Assembly: GCA_964561765.1 (NCBI GenBank)
Contig: CAZLQI010000004.1
Span: forward strand, 54,665 to 118,664
Direction of reading: 5' to 3'
Length of the DNA stretch: 64,000 bases
Source: an uncultured Chromatiales bacterium
GTDB taxonomy: Bacteria > Pseudomonadota > Gammaproteobacteria > DATFLL01
The position numbers and the translations under genes are program-made. Under the pieces are notes generated by a model, which was not told the DNA's origin, ran no database searches, and worked only from the letters and a program-made list of their open reading frames with translations. Below are positions 32,831 through 45,135 of the stretch, piece by piece (the stretch's first letter is position 1; every line of letters starts with the position of its first letter).

Positions 32831-33730
32831 TCACTTGGCCGTGGCCAGAGTCTTGCGCAATCCGGTCACCACACACCGCGCCAGCTCACCGGGAACAAAC
32901 TTGGTGAGAATATCATCAGCACCGCATTGGCGGGCCCTTTCCGAGTTGATGGCGCCATTGAGTGAGGTGTGTAACAACACATACATATGTGAAAAACGTG
33001 GATCCGCCCGCAGGGCCTCGGTCAAGCCGTAACCGTCGATCTCGGGCATCTCAATATCGGAGATCACCATCGCGACCGGGGCTTCGTCATCGCGGCGCTT
33101 ACGCAACGCCTCCAACGCCTCGCGTCCATCGCGTGCCAGGATATAACTCACGCCTATCTCATCCAGCATGCGGGTGGTCTGCGCGCGCGCCATGGCCGAG
33201 TCATCGACGACCAGTATCGGTTGCCTATGCAAGGCAGGGTCATCCAGCCCGCTAATGTCCTCATCCAGTGCCATCGCTGCAGGTTCGACCACCTCGACCA
33301 ACACACGTTCGATATCCAGAATCTGCACCAGAGCGTCATCCACGCGGGTTACACCGGAAATATAGGACCGCGCCCCGGAGCCATGCGGTGGTGGCGTCAC
33401 CTGATTCCAATCGCAAACCACAATCCGTTCAACGCGCTCGACCAGAAAGCCCTGGGTGGCACGGTTGAATTCGGTCACCAGCACAGAGGAACCGTGCGTC
33501 TCGATCGCCGCGCGTCCTATCGCCCGACTCAGATCAATGACCGACAACGCGACACCACGCAAGGTGGCAACACCGCAGACCGTGGCATGCGCATGCGGTA
33601 CGTGGGTCAGCGCTGGACAGGGGATTACTTCCTTGACCTTGAGCACATTGATCCCGAAACGCTGTCGACCGCCCAGGTTGAACAGCAGCAGTTCCAGGCG
33701 ATTATCGTTGCGATGGGTTGGGTCATTCAT
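32831..33730 (-). CDS. cheV: Chemotaxis protein CheV (CheW-like plus receiver domain)
   Basis: An N-terminal CheW-like domain and a C-terminal REC domain (ILVVDDSAMAR...DIEMPEIDG). Confidence 0.8.
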   Translation of the reverse strand: MNDPTHRNDNRLELLLFNLGGRQRFGINVLKVKEVIPCPALTHVPHAHATVCGVATLRGVALSVIDLSRAIGRAAIETHGSSVLVTEFNRATQGFLVERVERIVVCDWNQVTPPPHGSGARSYISGVTRVDDALVQILDIERVLVEVVEPAAMALDEDISGLDDPALHRQPILVVDDSAMARAQTTRMLDEIGVSYILARDGREALEALRKRRDDEAPVAMVISDIEMPEIDGYGLTEALRADPRFSHMYVLLHTSLNGAINSERARQCGADDILTKFVPGELARCVVTGLRKTLATAK

Positions 33731-33850
33731 GCGCGTAGGCGAATCGTAGGTCACGGTGTCTTGGCTATCGGCCGCGCGGACTATTTCTTGAATCTCGGAC
33801 ACGCCCCGCGCAGCCGCGAGGCGCTGGAGGCGCTGGAGGCGCAGCATGCA

Positions 33851-34333
33851 TCAGGACGTCGCCAGGGTGGTGAGCAAGACCACGGCGTGGGTGGCAATCC
33901 CCTCAGACCGTCCGATAAACCCCATGCCCTCAGTGGTCGTGGCCTTGACGTTGATCTGCCCCGGGGCAATACCGAGATCATCGGCAAGCTGCGTGCACAT
34001 GGTGGAAATATGCGGCCCCAGGCGAGGCAACTGGGCCACGACAGTGACATCCGCGTTGCCTACGACATACCCCTGATCAGCGAGCAATAGCACAACACGA
34101 CGCAGCAATATCCGGCTGTCGATATCCTTGAAGGCCGCGCTGGCGTCAGAAAAGTGTCGGCCAATGTCCCCCAGTCCGGCCGCCCCAAGCAGGGCATCAC
34201 ACAGGGCATGAATCACGACATCACCATCGGAGTGTGCCGCCAGACCCTGCTCGTGCGCAATGTGCACGCCACCGAGGATCAGACGACGCCCGTCGGTAAA
34301 GCGGTGGGCATCATAGCCATGACCTATGCGCAT
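33851..34333 (-). CDS. ispF: 2-C-methyl-D-erythritol 2,4-cyclodiphosphate synthase
   Basis: MRIGHGYDAHRF N-terminus. Full-length IspF. Confidence 0.9.
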   Translation of the reverse strand: MRIGHGYDAHRFTDGRRLILGGVHIAHEQGLAAHSDGDVVIHALCDALLGAAGLGDIGRHFSDASAAFKDIDSRILLRRVVLLLADQGYVVGNADVTVVAQLPRLGPHISTMCTQLADDLGIAPGQINVKATTTEGMGFIGRSEGIATHAVVLLTTLATS

Positions 34334-35082
34334 ACCCCCTCCTGCTGTCGGCGCAGATACAACTCGGCCAGCGCGAGGTCCTGCGGGTGGGTGATCTTGA
34401 TGTTGTCCGGGTGTCCGGACACCATTCGTGGATGCAGTCCCTGGGCCTCGATGGCGGCGGCCTCATCGGTGACCACCTCCCCCTGTGCCAGGGCTGCCTC
34501 CAACGCGGCACGCAACACGCCGAGACGAAACATCTGCGGTGTCAGCGCCCGCCACAATCCGTCCCGGCTCACCGTCTCCCGCACGCGACCGGCACGGTCA
34601 CAACGCTTCACTGTATCACTGACTGGCAGACCCAGCAGGCCACCCACCGGATCGCTCGCCAGGGTGGTCAGCAGTATGTCGATATCGGCATGGCGCAAAC
34701 AGGGTCGAGCGGCATCGTGGACCAGCACCCAGTCGTGCTCGTCGGCATGGCCGGCCAGCAGGACTAGAGCATTGAGAACAGAATGGCACCGCTCCTCACC
34801 CCCCGCTGCGGTATACACCGGCACGCTGGTTTCGGGACGGTGCGCAGACCAGTATGGATCATCTGCGGCAACGGCCACCACGATGCCAGCGATGGCCGGG
34901 TGGCCGGCGAGTCGCAACAGGGTATGGGCAATCACGGCACGGCCCGCCAGCGGCAAATACTGCTTGGGCAGAGGTTTACCCATACGCAAACCCACTCCCG
35001 CCGCCGGGACGACCGCCCAGTATCGCGGAGTAGAACAACGCTCGGGAAACGGTGGGGAGATGACAACATCGGTGGGCATGGC
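34324..35082 (-). CDS. ispD: 2-C-methyl-D-erythritol 4-phosphate cytidylyltransferase
   Basis: AVVPAAGVGLRMG motif. Overlaps ispF by 10 nt. Confidence 0.85.
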   Translation of the reverse strand, partial: AMPTDVVISPPFPERCSTPRYWAVVPAAGVGLRMGKPLPKQYLPLAGRAVIAHTLLRLAGHPAIAGIVVAVAADDPYWSAHRPETSVPVYTAAGGEERCHSVLNALVLLAGHADEHDWVLVHDAARPCLRHADIDILLTTLASDPVGGLLGLPVSDTVKRCDRAGRVRETVSRDGLWRALTPQMFRLGVLRAALEAALAQGEVVTDEAAAIEAQGLHPRMVSGHPDNIKITHPQDLALAELYLRRQQEGVCA

Positions 35083-35113
35083 GATGGACCGGATAGCGTG
35101 GAAACGCAATGAT

Positions 35114-35392
35114 TCAGCGTTTTTCTTCAACAATCTGATAGTAAGTCTCGCCCGGTTTGATCATGCCCAGTTCGTTGCGGGCACGCGCCTCGATCGCCGC
35201 CAACCCGTGTTTGAGATCACGGACCTCGGCCAGCAGCGTCTGATTGCGTTCTGCCAAGTGGGTATTTTCTTGCCGCTGGGTCGACAGCGTGTGCTCTAGG
35301 CGCCATACCGGGCGCATGCCGTCGGCACCGATCCAGAGATCGTATTGCAACACAACGAACAGGTACAACAGGATGGCGAAAACAACTTTCAT
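35114..35392 (-). CDS. ftsB: Cell division protein FtsB
   Basis: 92 aa with an N-terminal TM helix and a coiled coil. Upstream of ispD. Confidence 0.8.
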   Translation of the reverse strand: MKVVFAILLYLFVVLQYDLWIGADGMRPVWRLEHTLSTQRQENTHLAERNQTLLAEVRDLKHGLAAIEARARNELGMIKPGETYYQIVEEKR

Positions 35393-35474
35393 GTGCTGGA
35401 CTGGCCCCCCCGGCACGCGCCCTGTCAGCATGATAGCAGATTATCGCGGGCAACCGCATTCGTCTTCTCGGCCC

Positions 35475-35845
35475 TCATCCATCACCAGAGAGGAACTGTC
35501 CCTTCTTGATGTTCACCGGCAGTCCTGGCGTGCCACGTTCTGGATAAAGTTGGTCTGCCGACACAAAAAGGCCGGTGTCTGCAACACATCGACCACTGCC
35601 GCCACCTCATTGATGGGCGTATCTTCATGCACGTCGGTGAGCACCGCCACACCGAGCTGGCGTTTGACCGACTCCAGGATACGCAGACCTTTCTCCAGCC
35701 CTAGTCCGCGGAAACTCCCGCTCGAGGTTCGGTTGGCCTTGTCGAAGGAGGATTTGTAAATGAGCGACATGCCTAGCCGCGCGGTAATGACCTGAATCGC
35801 CTCGGCCGTGTCCAGCGCCAGTTGTCTCGATCACACAGGGCCCGG
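35475..35845 (-). pseudogene. kdsA: 2-dehydro-3-deoxyphosphooctonate aldolase (KdsA) remnant
   Basis: [46 protein letters not shown]...TDVHE...[15 protein letters not shown] aligns with KdsA residues about 30-135. There is an in-frame TGA at 35831-35833 where the conserved Glu of VLESRD sits. A frameshift occurs near 35513 ([13 protein letters not shown] then stop). Both the N-terminal 25 codons and the C-terminal half are absent. Confidence 0.65.
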
Positions 35846-35891
35846 CTATCAGGAACAGGGGCAGCCTTGAAATCGCACAGCGACATCGCGC

Positions 35892-37655
<1,764 letters not shown>

Positions 37656-37712
37656 TTACAAATCGCCGCGAACCTGCCGGGGTCACAAATCGCTGGACGC
37701 GCCAACACCCGG

Positions 37713-39218
37713 TCATCGATCTGCTGACGGCCCGGGCGGTTCAAAACCGAACACACAGCCCAACTCGTCCGACCTGGCGGCATAAGGCTCACACAGACAA
37801 TACCCTATCACCTGGACCAATTCCCCGTCGACATACACCAGCGGGATCTGTCCGCGCTGCCAGGGCGGCACGCCCCACTCCTGGAAGAGTTTTTTCAGGC
37901 TGTGGCGATGATGACCCCGCCCCTGCGGGCGGCACGCCTCTCCGCCGCGGCGAAAACGCAGCTCGACACGGCGACCCGCCAGTCGTGCCTGGCTCAGCCC
38001 TTGGCCCGCCACACCTCGCACGACCAGCCGTCCTGTTGGCATAACAACGAGCGTTTGCACCCCATTCGAGGGCCACTGCCCACGAACCTCCTTGTCTAGG
38101 TCAATGCGGCCCAACGCGATGGGTGCCAGCGAGGATACCGGGGCAGCCACCGAGCCGGCTCCCAGGTGCGTGTGCGCACCCGGTGCCAAGGCCATTCGCA
38201 GGCCATAAAGGGCATCCCGGTAGCGGCGCACCGCGCCACCCGGCCAAGTGACACAGGGTGCGGCATCGTTGCGCGCGGGCAGTATCTCATGCTGAATGCG
38301 CGAGAGCACTACCGTCGCCGGTATGGGCACTGCGTTGCCACGCAACCAGCAACGCAAGACATTGCGCTGGCGAGCCGGTGTGAGACGCTGCAAGGCGCCG
38401 ATCGACAACGTGCTATTACCACTGCCAGGCACGCCGCGACCGGCCACCTGGGGCGCTGCAGGCCTCACAAGGGTACTGTCGGCCACGGGATCCACCATCG
38501 CCGCCAGATCGGACTCACCCAGCATATCGAGCAGGGCGGCGGCCTCGGCTTGATGCGCAGCGGCGCGCGACAGGGTGCGCGCACAGGCCGGCCAGCGTGC
38601 GCTCAGCCGTGGCATGAGTTGATGGCGTAGATAGTTGCGGTCCAGATTCAGGTCCCGGTTGCTCGGGTCCTCGACCCAGACCAGTCCTTGCACCTCGGCA
38701 TAGTGGCGTAACGCCGCCCGGGACACCGCCAACAGGGGCCGGCCAAGCCAACCCTGTCCCAACAGGGCCTGTCGCGGCATGGCTGCCAGGCCACGCACCC
38801 CAGCGCCACGCAACAGTTGCAACAATAGGGTCTCGGCCTGATCGTCGCGGTGATGGGCCGTCAGCACCGCTTCACCGGTACTGACCACTTTGGCCAAGGC
38901 CGCATAGCGGGCCCGCCGGGCCGCGGCCTCTGGGCTCTCACCCGTGCCAGGGCGGGCCACAACCACGCGCACGACGCAAGGAATCCCCAGCGCATGACAG
39001 GTCGCCACACAGTGTTCGGCCCAGCCATCGGCCTCGGGCTGCAGGCCATGGTGGATATGCACCGCACCCAGTGCGCCACGCGGCCAGTGCGCACGCACAG
39101 CCACCAGGGCATGCAACAAGACATGGGAGTCGACACCACCGCTGTAGGCGACCCAGTAACGCGAAGCACCGGGCAACCCCTGCAGGGTATACAACAGATG
39201 GGTGGGGGAAAAGTCCAT
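37713..39218 (-). CDS. tilS: tRNA(Ile)-lysidine synthetase
   Basis: PP-loop SGGVDSHVLL. accA-tilS-pyrG order. Confidence 0.85.
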   Translation of the reverse strand: MDFSPTHLLYTLQGLPGASRYWVAYSGGVDSHVLLHALVAVRAHWPRGALGAVHIHHGLQPEADGWAEHCVATCHALGIPCVVRVVVARPGTGESPEAAARRARYAALAKVVSTGEAVLTAHHRDDQAETLLLQLLRGAGVRGLAAMPRQALLGQGWLGRPLLAVSRAALRHYAEVQGLVWVEDPSNRDLNLDRNYLRHQLMPRLSARWPACARTLSRAAAHQAEAAALLDMLGESDLAAMVDPVADSTLVRPAAPQVAGRGVPGSGNSTLSIGALQRLTPARQRNVLRCWLRGNAVPIPATVVLSRIQHEILPARNDAAPCVTWPGGAVRRYRDALYGLRMALAPGAHTHLGAGSVAAPVSSLAPIALGRIDLDKEVRGQWPSNGVQTLVVMPTGRLVVRGVAGQGLSQARLAGRRVELRFRRGGEACRPQGRGHHRHSLKKLFQEWGVPPWQRGQIPLVYVDGELVQVIGYCLCEPYAARSDELGCVFGFEPPGPSADR

Positions 39219-39414
39219 AGTGACAATAGTATGTGGGACCTGCTAAGACCGCATTGGCAGCGACTCGACCCTGCGCGACAGGGGTGAGATCACCCGCCCC
39301 CGGTCAGCCACAGCCACACTGGCAGGGCCTCAGTTCCCCCGGCAAGCCCCACACGTCAGGTACGGGAAGTGGACTCTGGCAGCAAACTCGAGGGCTTGGT
39401 CCCACGCCGCCGGG

Positions 39415-40377
39415 TCACTGCTCTTCCTTGAAATGACCCGACTGCATCAGATGCGTATAGCGTTGTTCGAGCAGCATGTCCATAGGGATGGCGTCCAACT
39501 GCGCGAGGGCCGTGTTCAGTCCGGCCTTGAGGCGCTGAGCGGTGACTTCGATGTCACGGTGGGCACCACCGAGCGGTTCCATGATCACCTCATCGATCAG
39601 CTCGAGCTGCTTGAGCCGCCCGGAAGTAATCCCCAGCGCCTCAGCCGCATCCGGTGCCTTCTCCGCGCTCTTCCACAGGATAGAGGCACAACCCTCGGGC
39701 GAGATCACCGAATAGATGCCGTATTCCAACATCATCACCCGGTCGCCGACACCGATCGCCAGCGCACCACCGGAACCGCCTTCGCCGATAACGGTGCAGA
39801 CAATCGGCGTTTTGAGCTGTGACATGATGAACAGGCTACGGGCAATGGCCTCGCTCTGCCCCCGCGCCTCGGCATCCACACCAGGGTAGGCGCCGGGGGT
39901 GTCAATAAAGGTCAGTATCGGCAGGGAAAAGCGCTCTGCTATTGCCATCAGCCGCTGTGCCTTGCGATAGCCCTCGGGGCGAGGCATAGCAAAATTACGG
40001 TAGACCTTTTCCTTGGTATCACGTCCCTTCTGATGACCAATTAACATCACCGGGCGCGCATCGAGTCGCGCCAGGCCACCCACGATCGCCGGATCATCGG
40101 CATAGGCACGATCACCGTGGAGTTCCTGAAAATCCGTGAAGATGTGCTCGACATAGTCCAGCGTGTAGGGACGTTGCGGATGACGGGCCAGTTGGGCGAT
40201 CTGCCAGGCACTGAGGTTGTCAAAGATGGATTCTGTCAGCTCGCGGCTCTTGGCCTGCAGGCGGTCGATCTCCTCACTCAGATTGATCGCCGAGTCGCTG
40301 TCAACATAGCGCAGCTCCTCGATCTTCGCCTCAAGCTCGGCGATAGGTTGTTCAAAATCCAGGAAATTCAGATTCAT
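39415..40377 (-). CDS. accA: Acetyl-CoA carboxylase carboxyltransferase alpha subunit
   Basis: Full-length AccA similarity. Confidence 0.9.
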   Translation of the reverse strand: MNLNFLDFEQPIAELEAKIEELRYVDSDSAINLSEEIDRLQAKSRELTESIFDNLSAWQIAQLARHPQRPYTLDYVEHIFTDFQELHGDRAYADDPAIVGGLARLDARPVMLIGHQKGRDTKEKVYRNFAMPRPEGYRKAQRLMAIAERFSLPILTFIDTPGAYPGVDAEARGQSEAIARSLFIMSQLKTPIVCTVIGEGGSGGALAIGVGDRVMMLEYGIYSVISPEGCASILWKSAEKAPDAAEALGITSGRLKQLELIDEVIMEPLGGAHRDIEVTAQRLKAGLNTALAQLDAIPMDMLLEQRYTHLMQSGHFKEEQ

Positions 40378-40571
40378 GGCAATAGCGTATTGTTATCTGG
40401 GCAAAGGGATCAAACCGAGAGCAAGTATATAGGAGCACACCCCGCCTGCCTACACTATTGCCTGTGCGACGAGGGCTGTTTCACACCGTCCCGGTCAATC
40501 GAGCACGAACGCACTGGCAGGGGCCAGGGCGGGAACTCGCCCATTCGGTAGGTTCGTGCGCACCTGTAGGC

Positions 40572-43500
40572 TCAATAATCGAGATGCACGGCCGCACGAC
40601 CGGCGAGCGCGATCAGCCGGTGCAACAATTCATCGCTCGGTTGCACCCGCCACGCCTCGCCCAGGCCCAGGCGTGCGCGGGCAGCGCTGTTTTCGTAATC
40701 GAGCACCACCGGGCAGTCACCCTCACGGAAGGGTGACAGGGTGCGCTCCAGTGACCCCACGAAACCGGTACCGGTCTGTACCTGATCGAGCTTAATCACC
40801 AGGCACCGTGCATAGTGCGCACGGGCATGTTCCAGGTCATAGATAGTGCGCGCACTCATTTTGTAACCACCGCTGTACTCATCCACGCTGATCTCGCCCT
40901 CGACGACGATCAAGCGGTCCTTGGCCAACAGATCCCGATAAGACTGAAACACTTCGGCGAACACCGCCAGTTCAATACGCCCGCTGCGATCGTCGATGGT
41001 GATGAAGGCCATTCTGCCGCCGCGTCGAGTATTCATGGTGCGCATGGACATCACCAGACCTGCCACCGTCACGCTTTGGTCGCGGGTGGGTTTGAGTTGT
41101 GCAATACGCGACGTGGTGAACTTCGCCAGTTCGGGCAAATGCCGGTCAATGGGATGACCTGTGAGATACAAACCCAGCGTCTGTTTCTCTGCCGCCAGAC
41201 GCTGCTCCTCATCCCAGTCAGGCTGTACGTGGTAGACACCGCCACCGGTATCCCCTTCCCCGCTCGGCTCAAAACCGAACATGTCCTCCACACCCACCTG
41301 GTGATTCTGCATGTGCTGCTCGGCGCACTTTAGCGCATCGGGCAGGGTTGCCATGAGCGTGGCGCGGTTGACATCAAAGACATCCAACGCACCGGCAAGA
41401 ATCAGGGCCTCGAACACACGGCGATTGACACGTCGGTGGTCCACCCGGCAGCACAGGTCAAAGAGATTGACATAAGGCCTGTCGTCACCGCGCGCGGCCA
41501 CAAGGGCCTCGATCGCCGCCGCACCAACGCCCTTGATCGCCCCCAGACCATAGAGGATGGCACCGTCGCCACGCACAGTGAAGTGGTGGCTGCAGCGGTT
41601 CACATCCGGCGGTTCGACGACCAGTTTCATGTCGCGGCACTCGTCGATGAGCGTCACCACCTTGTCGGTGTTGTCCATATCGGCCGAAAGCACGGCGGCC
41701 ATGAAGGCGGCGGGAAAATGCGCCTTGAGCCAGGCCGTCTGGTAGGACACCAGGGCATAGGCGGCAGAGTGCGACTTGTTGAAACCGTAACCGGAAAAAA
41801 ATTCCATGAGGTCGAAGATGGTGCTCGCTGCCTTCTCATCGACACCGCGTGCCAGTGCGCCCTGGGTGAATATCTCGCGTTGCCTGGCCATCGCCTCGGC
41901 GTTTTTCTTGCCCATGGCGCGACGTAGCAGGTCGGCACCACCGAGTGTGTAGCCGGCCAGGACCTGGGCAATCTGCATCACCTGTTCCTGGTAGAGGATC
42001 ACGCCATAGGTAGGCTTGAGGATGGGCAATAGGTCCGGATGCGGGTATTCGACCTTGGCGCGACCTTGTTTGCGATTGATGAAGTCATCCACCATCCCTG
42101 ACCCTAGAGGACCGGGACGAAACAAGGCAACCAGCGCCACGATATCCTCGAAGGTATCGGGTTGCAGACGCTTGATCAGATCCTTCATGCCGCGGGATTC
42201 GAGTTGGAACACTGCAGTGGTCTGGCAGGCCTTGAGCAGCTCAAAGGTTAATGTGTCATCCAGCGCAATCGCCGTCATGTCGATCAGCGTCTCGCCCTGC
42301 GTGCGCCGCTGTTCATTGATGGTCTTGAGCGCCCAGTCGATGATAGTGAGGGTACGCAGACCCAGAAAGTCGAACTTGACCAGTCCAACGGCCTCGACGT
42401 CATCCTTGTCGAACTGGCTCACCAGGTTGGGCGAACCCTGCTCGCAGTACAGCGGCGTAAAGTCGGTCAATTTTGACGGCGCAATGACCACACCGCCAGC
42501 GTGCTTTCCGGCATTGCGAACCAGGCCTTCCAGCGACTGCGCCAAGTCGATGAGCATACGCACATCTTCCTCGGACTCGTAGAGCGTGCGCAGTACCTCT
42601 TCATCCTCCAGAGCCTTGGCCAGGGTCATTTTAAGTTCAAAGGGGATCAGCTTGGCAATCTTATCGACAAAACCATAAGGGTGACCCAGGACCCGGCCGA
42701 CATCACGTACTACCGCTTTGGCCGCCATCGAACCATAGGTGATGATCTGGGAAACCTTGTCTCGACCATAGCGATCAGCGACATACTCGATAACCCGGTC
42801 ACGCCCCTCCATACAAAAGTCGATATCAAAATCGGGCATGGACACACGCTCGGGATTGAGGAAGCGTTCAAACAGCAAATCATAGGCCAGCGGATCGAGG
42901 TCGGTGATGGTCAGGGCGTAGGCCACCAGCGAACCGGCACCTGAACCACGCCCCGGACCCACCGGAATGCCGTTTTCCTTCGCCCACCGGATGAAATCGG
43001 CCACGATAAGGAAGTAACCGGGAAAACCCATCGCGGTGATCACCTCCAGCTCGACGTCCAGACGCTCGTCATAGGGACGTCGGCGCTCGGTGAAATCCGC
43101 AGCGCCAGGATCGAGAAGGCGTTGCAGGCGCCGCTCCAGACCCGCCCGGGCCTCGTGTTCGAAATAGGTCTCCATACTCATCCCCGCGGGGATAGGAAAG
43201 TCCGGCAGAAAATTCTTGCCCAGAGTGAGTTCCAGATTGCAGCGTCGGGCAATCTCAACGCTGTTCTCCAGCGCCTCGGGTACATCGGCGAACAGCTCCA
43301 CCATCTCCTGCGGGCTGCGCAGATACTGCTGATCACTGTAAAGATGCGCCCGACGCGGATCGTCCAGCGTACGTCCCTCATGAATGCACACGCGGGCCTC
43401 GTGGGCCGCGAAGTCTTCACTTGAAATGAAGCACACATCGTTGGTCGCCACGATCGGCAGACCGCGTGCCAGTGCCAGGCTCACCGTTTGGTGCAGGCAC

Positions 43501-44051
43501 TCCTCCTCGCCTTCCCGACCCGTGCGTTGCAATTCCAGGTAATAGCGATCAGGGAACAAGCGCTGCCATTCATCCAGGTAACGCGCGGCCTGCTCAGAGT
43601 GTCCCGCCAGCAACGCCCGGCCGACATCGCCACTGCGACCACCGGATAAGGCAATCAGCCCGGCATTCTTGCCCTCCAACCATTCCCGACGCGCGATAGG
43701 GATGCCACGTTGCTGACCCTCGGTATAGGTGCGCGACACCAGTTCGGTGAGATGGCGGTAACCCTGTTCGTTCTGACAGAGCAACACCAGACGCGAGGGG
43801 GCATTGTCATGCCCCTCGTTGTGCAGCCACAGGTCAACACCCACAATGGGCTTGACGCCCACCGCCATGGCGGCGCGGTAGAATTTGACCATGGCAAACA
43901 GATTGCTCTGGTCCGTGAGCGCAACGGCCGGCATGCCGGCTTCGACCACGGCCTGGACCAGCGGTGTGATCCGTACCACGCTGTCAACGAGTGAGTACTC
44001 GGTGTGCAGGTGCAGGTGAACAAAATTCGGCTGAGAGCGGGGCTCGGACAT
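40572..44051 (-). CDS. dnaE: DNA polymerase III alpha subunit
   Basis: 1159 aa with a PHP domain (HLHLHTEYSLVDS) and the polymerase core. Confidence 0.95.
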   Translation of the reverse strand: MSEPRSQPNFVHLHLHTEYSLVDSVVRITPLVQAVVEAGMPAVALTDQSNLFAMVKFYRAAMAVGVKPIVGVDLWLHNEGHDNAPSRLVLLCQNEQGYRHLTELVSRTYTEGQQRGIPIARREWLEGKNAGLIALSGGRSGDVGRALLAGHSEQAARYLDEWQRLFPDRYYLELQRTGREGEEECLHQTVSLALARGLPIVATNDVCFISSEDFAAHEARVCIHEGRTLDDPRRAHLYSDQQYLRSPQEMVELFADVPEALENSVEIARRCNLELTLGKNFLPDFPIPAGMSMETYFEHEARAGLERRLQRLLDPGAADFTERRRPYDERLDVELEVITAMGFPGYFLIVADFIRWAKENGIPVGPGRGSGAGSLVAYALTITDLDPLAYDLLFERFLNPERVSMPDFDIDFCMEGRDRVIEYVADRYGRDKVSQIITYGSMAAKAVVRDVGRVLGHPYGFVDKIAKLIPFELKMTLAKALEDEEVLRTLYESEEDVRMLIDLAQSLEGLVRNAGKHAGGVVIAPSKLTDFTPLYCEQGSPNLVSQFDKDDVEAVGLVKFDFLGLRTLTIIDWALKTINEQRRTQGETLIDMTAIALDDTLTFELLKACQTTAVFQLESRGMKDLIKRLQPDTFEDIVALVALFRPGPLGSGMVDDFINRKQGRAKVEYPHPDLLPILKPTYGVILYQEQVMQIAQVLAGYTLGGADLLRRAMGKKNAEAMARQREIFTQGALARGVDEKAASTIFDLMEFFSGYGFNKSHSAAYALVSYQTAWLKAHFPAAFMAAVLSADMDNTDKVVTLIDECRDMKLVVEPPDVNRCSHHFTVRGDGAILYGLGAIKGVGAAAIEALVAARGDDRPYVNLFDLCCRVDHRRVNRRVFEALILAGALDVFDVNRATLMATLPDALKCAEQHMQNHQVGVEDMFGFEPSGEGDTGGGVYHVQPDWDEEQRLAAEKQTLGLYLTGHPIDRHLPELAKFTTSRIAQLKPTRDQSVTVAGLVMSMRTMNTRRGGRMAFITIDDRSGRIELAVFAEVFQSYRDLLAKDRLIVVEGEISVDEYSGGYKMSARTIYDLEHARAHYARCLVIKLDQVQTGTGFVGSLERTLSPFREGDCPVVLDYENSAARARLGLGEAWRVQPSDELLHRLIALAGRAAVHLDY

Positions 44052-44119
44052 GCGCAGAACTTAACGCCCGGACCGCGGGCTTTCAAGCATGATTTTTTGC
44101 CTGTGCATCGCGTGTCGCC

Positions 44120-44731
44120 TCAACCCTGTTCCGCCTCCAGCAGGCGCCGGACGGGGGCATAGGAGCGCCGATGTACGGGCGTGACGCCCAGGCTCGCCAG
44201 GGCTTCCAGGTGCTGTTTCGAGGGGTAACCCTTGTGTTTCGCCAGACCGTAACCGGGATACCTGGCATCCAGCTCAACCAGTTCCCGGTCGCGTACTACC
44301 TTGGCCAGGATCGAGGCGGCGCTGATCGAGGCGACCCGTGCATCGCCCTTGATCACCGCCTCGGCCGGGCACGGCAAGCTGGGGCAACGGTTGCCGTCGA
44401 TCAAGGCAAACTGTGGCGCCACCGACAGGGCTGCGATGGCGCGCTGCATGGCCAGCAAGCTCGCCTGCAGGATATTGATGCGGTCGATCTCCTCGACCTC
44501 GGCACGGCCCACGCCCCAGGCCAGCGCCCGCTGGCGGATTTCCTCAGCCAGACACTCGCGTTTCGCCGCGCTCAGGACCTTGGAATCGGCCAACCCCTCG
44601 ATGGGGCGCTCAGGGTCGAGAATCACCGCCGCAGCCACCACCGGCCCGGCCAAGGGGCCCCGCCCTACCTCATCCACACCGGCTACATATCGGTAACCCC
44701 GAGTGAAATCAAACCCGACTTGTGCTGACAC
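44120..44731 (-). CDS. rnhB: Ribonuclease HII
   Basis: [15 protein letters not shown] active-site motif. GTG start with a GAGGA SD. Confidence 0.9.
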   Translation of the reverse strand: MSAQVGFDFTRGYRYVAGVDEVGRGPLAGPVVAAAVILDPERPIEGLADSKVLSAAKRECLAEEIRQRALAWGVGRAEVEEIDRINILQASLLAMQRAIAALSVAPQFALIDGNRCPSLPCPAEAVIKGDARVASISAASILAKVVRDRELVELDARYPGYGLAKHKGYPSKQHLEALASLGVTPVHRRSYAPVRRLLEAEQG

Positions 44732-44982
44732 GGTTATCCTCGCGTGACCTGTACCATGTGGGCGTCAAGCTTACCCGGACATCGGACCGCTGTCATGTCC
44801 CTGAGGACACATCTGCATCACGCATTTCACCCGGCTCGCTCACAAAGTAAAGGAACCCCTGAGTCAAGACAGAAACACGCCGAGTTTAAGCTGTGCATTC
44901 CCCTTCATACGCAGCAGGTCGGCATCGCCCCGGTGGTGGTATAAGTCTCTGATTTTCCATCACTGCCAAATCTGTCCACGAT

Positions 44983-45135
44983 CACCGCCCCGCCACCCTG
45001 GCGGCTCGCATACACCCGATCCGGCTGCCTGCATCAATGTCCACCTCCGGGCCAATCACCGTGAACAGCCCGACAGTCACACCGTCGCCTATCCTGGCAT
45101 CGGGGTCTACAACCGCGCGCGGATCGACACTCATA
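44983..45135 (-). pseudogene. lpxA: UDP-N-acetylglucosamine acyltransferase LpxA N-terminal stub (50 codons)
   Basis: The ATG overlaps the fabZ TGA (ATGA), as canonical. [40 protein letters not shown] aligns with the hexapeptide-repeat start of LpxA, then a stop. There are only about 250 nt before rnhB and no lpxB. Confidence 0.6.
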
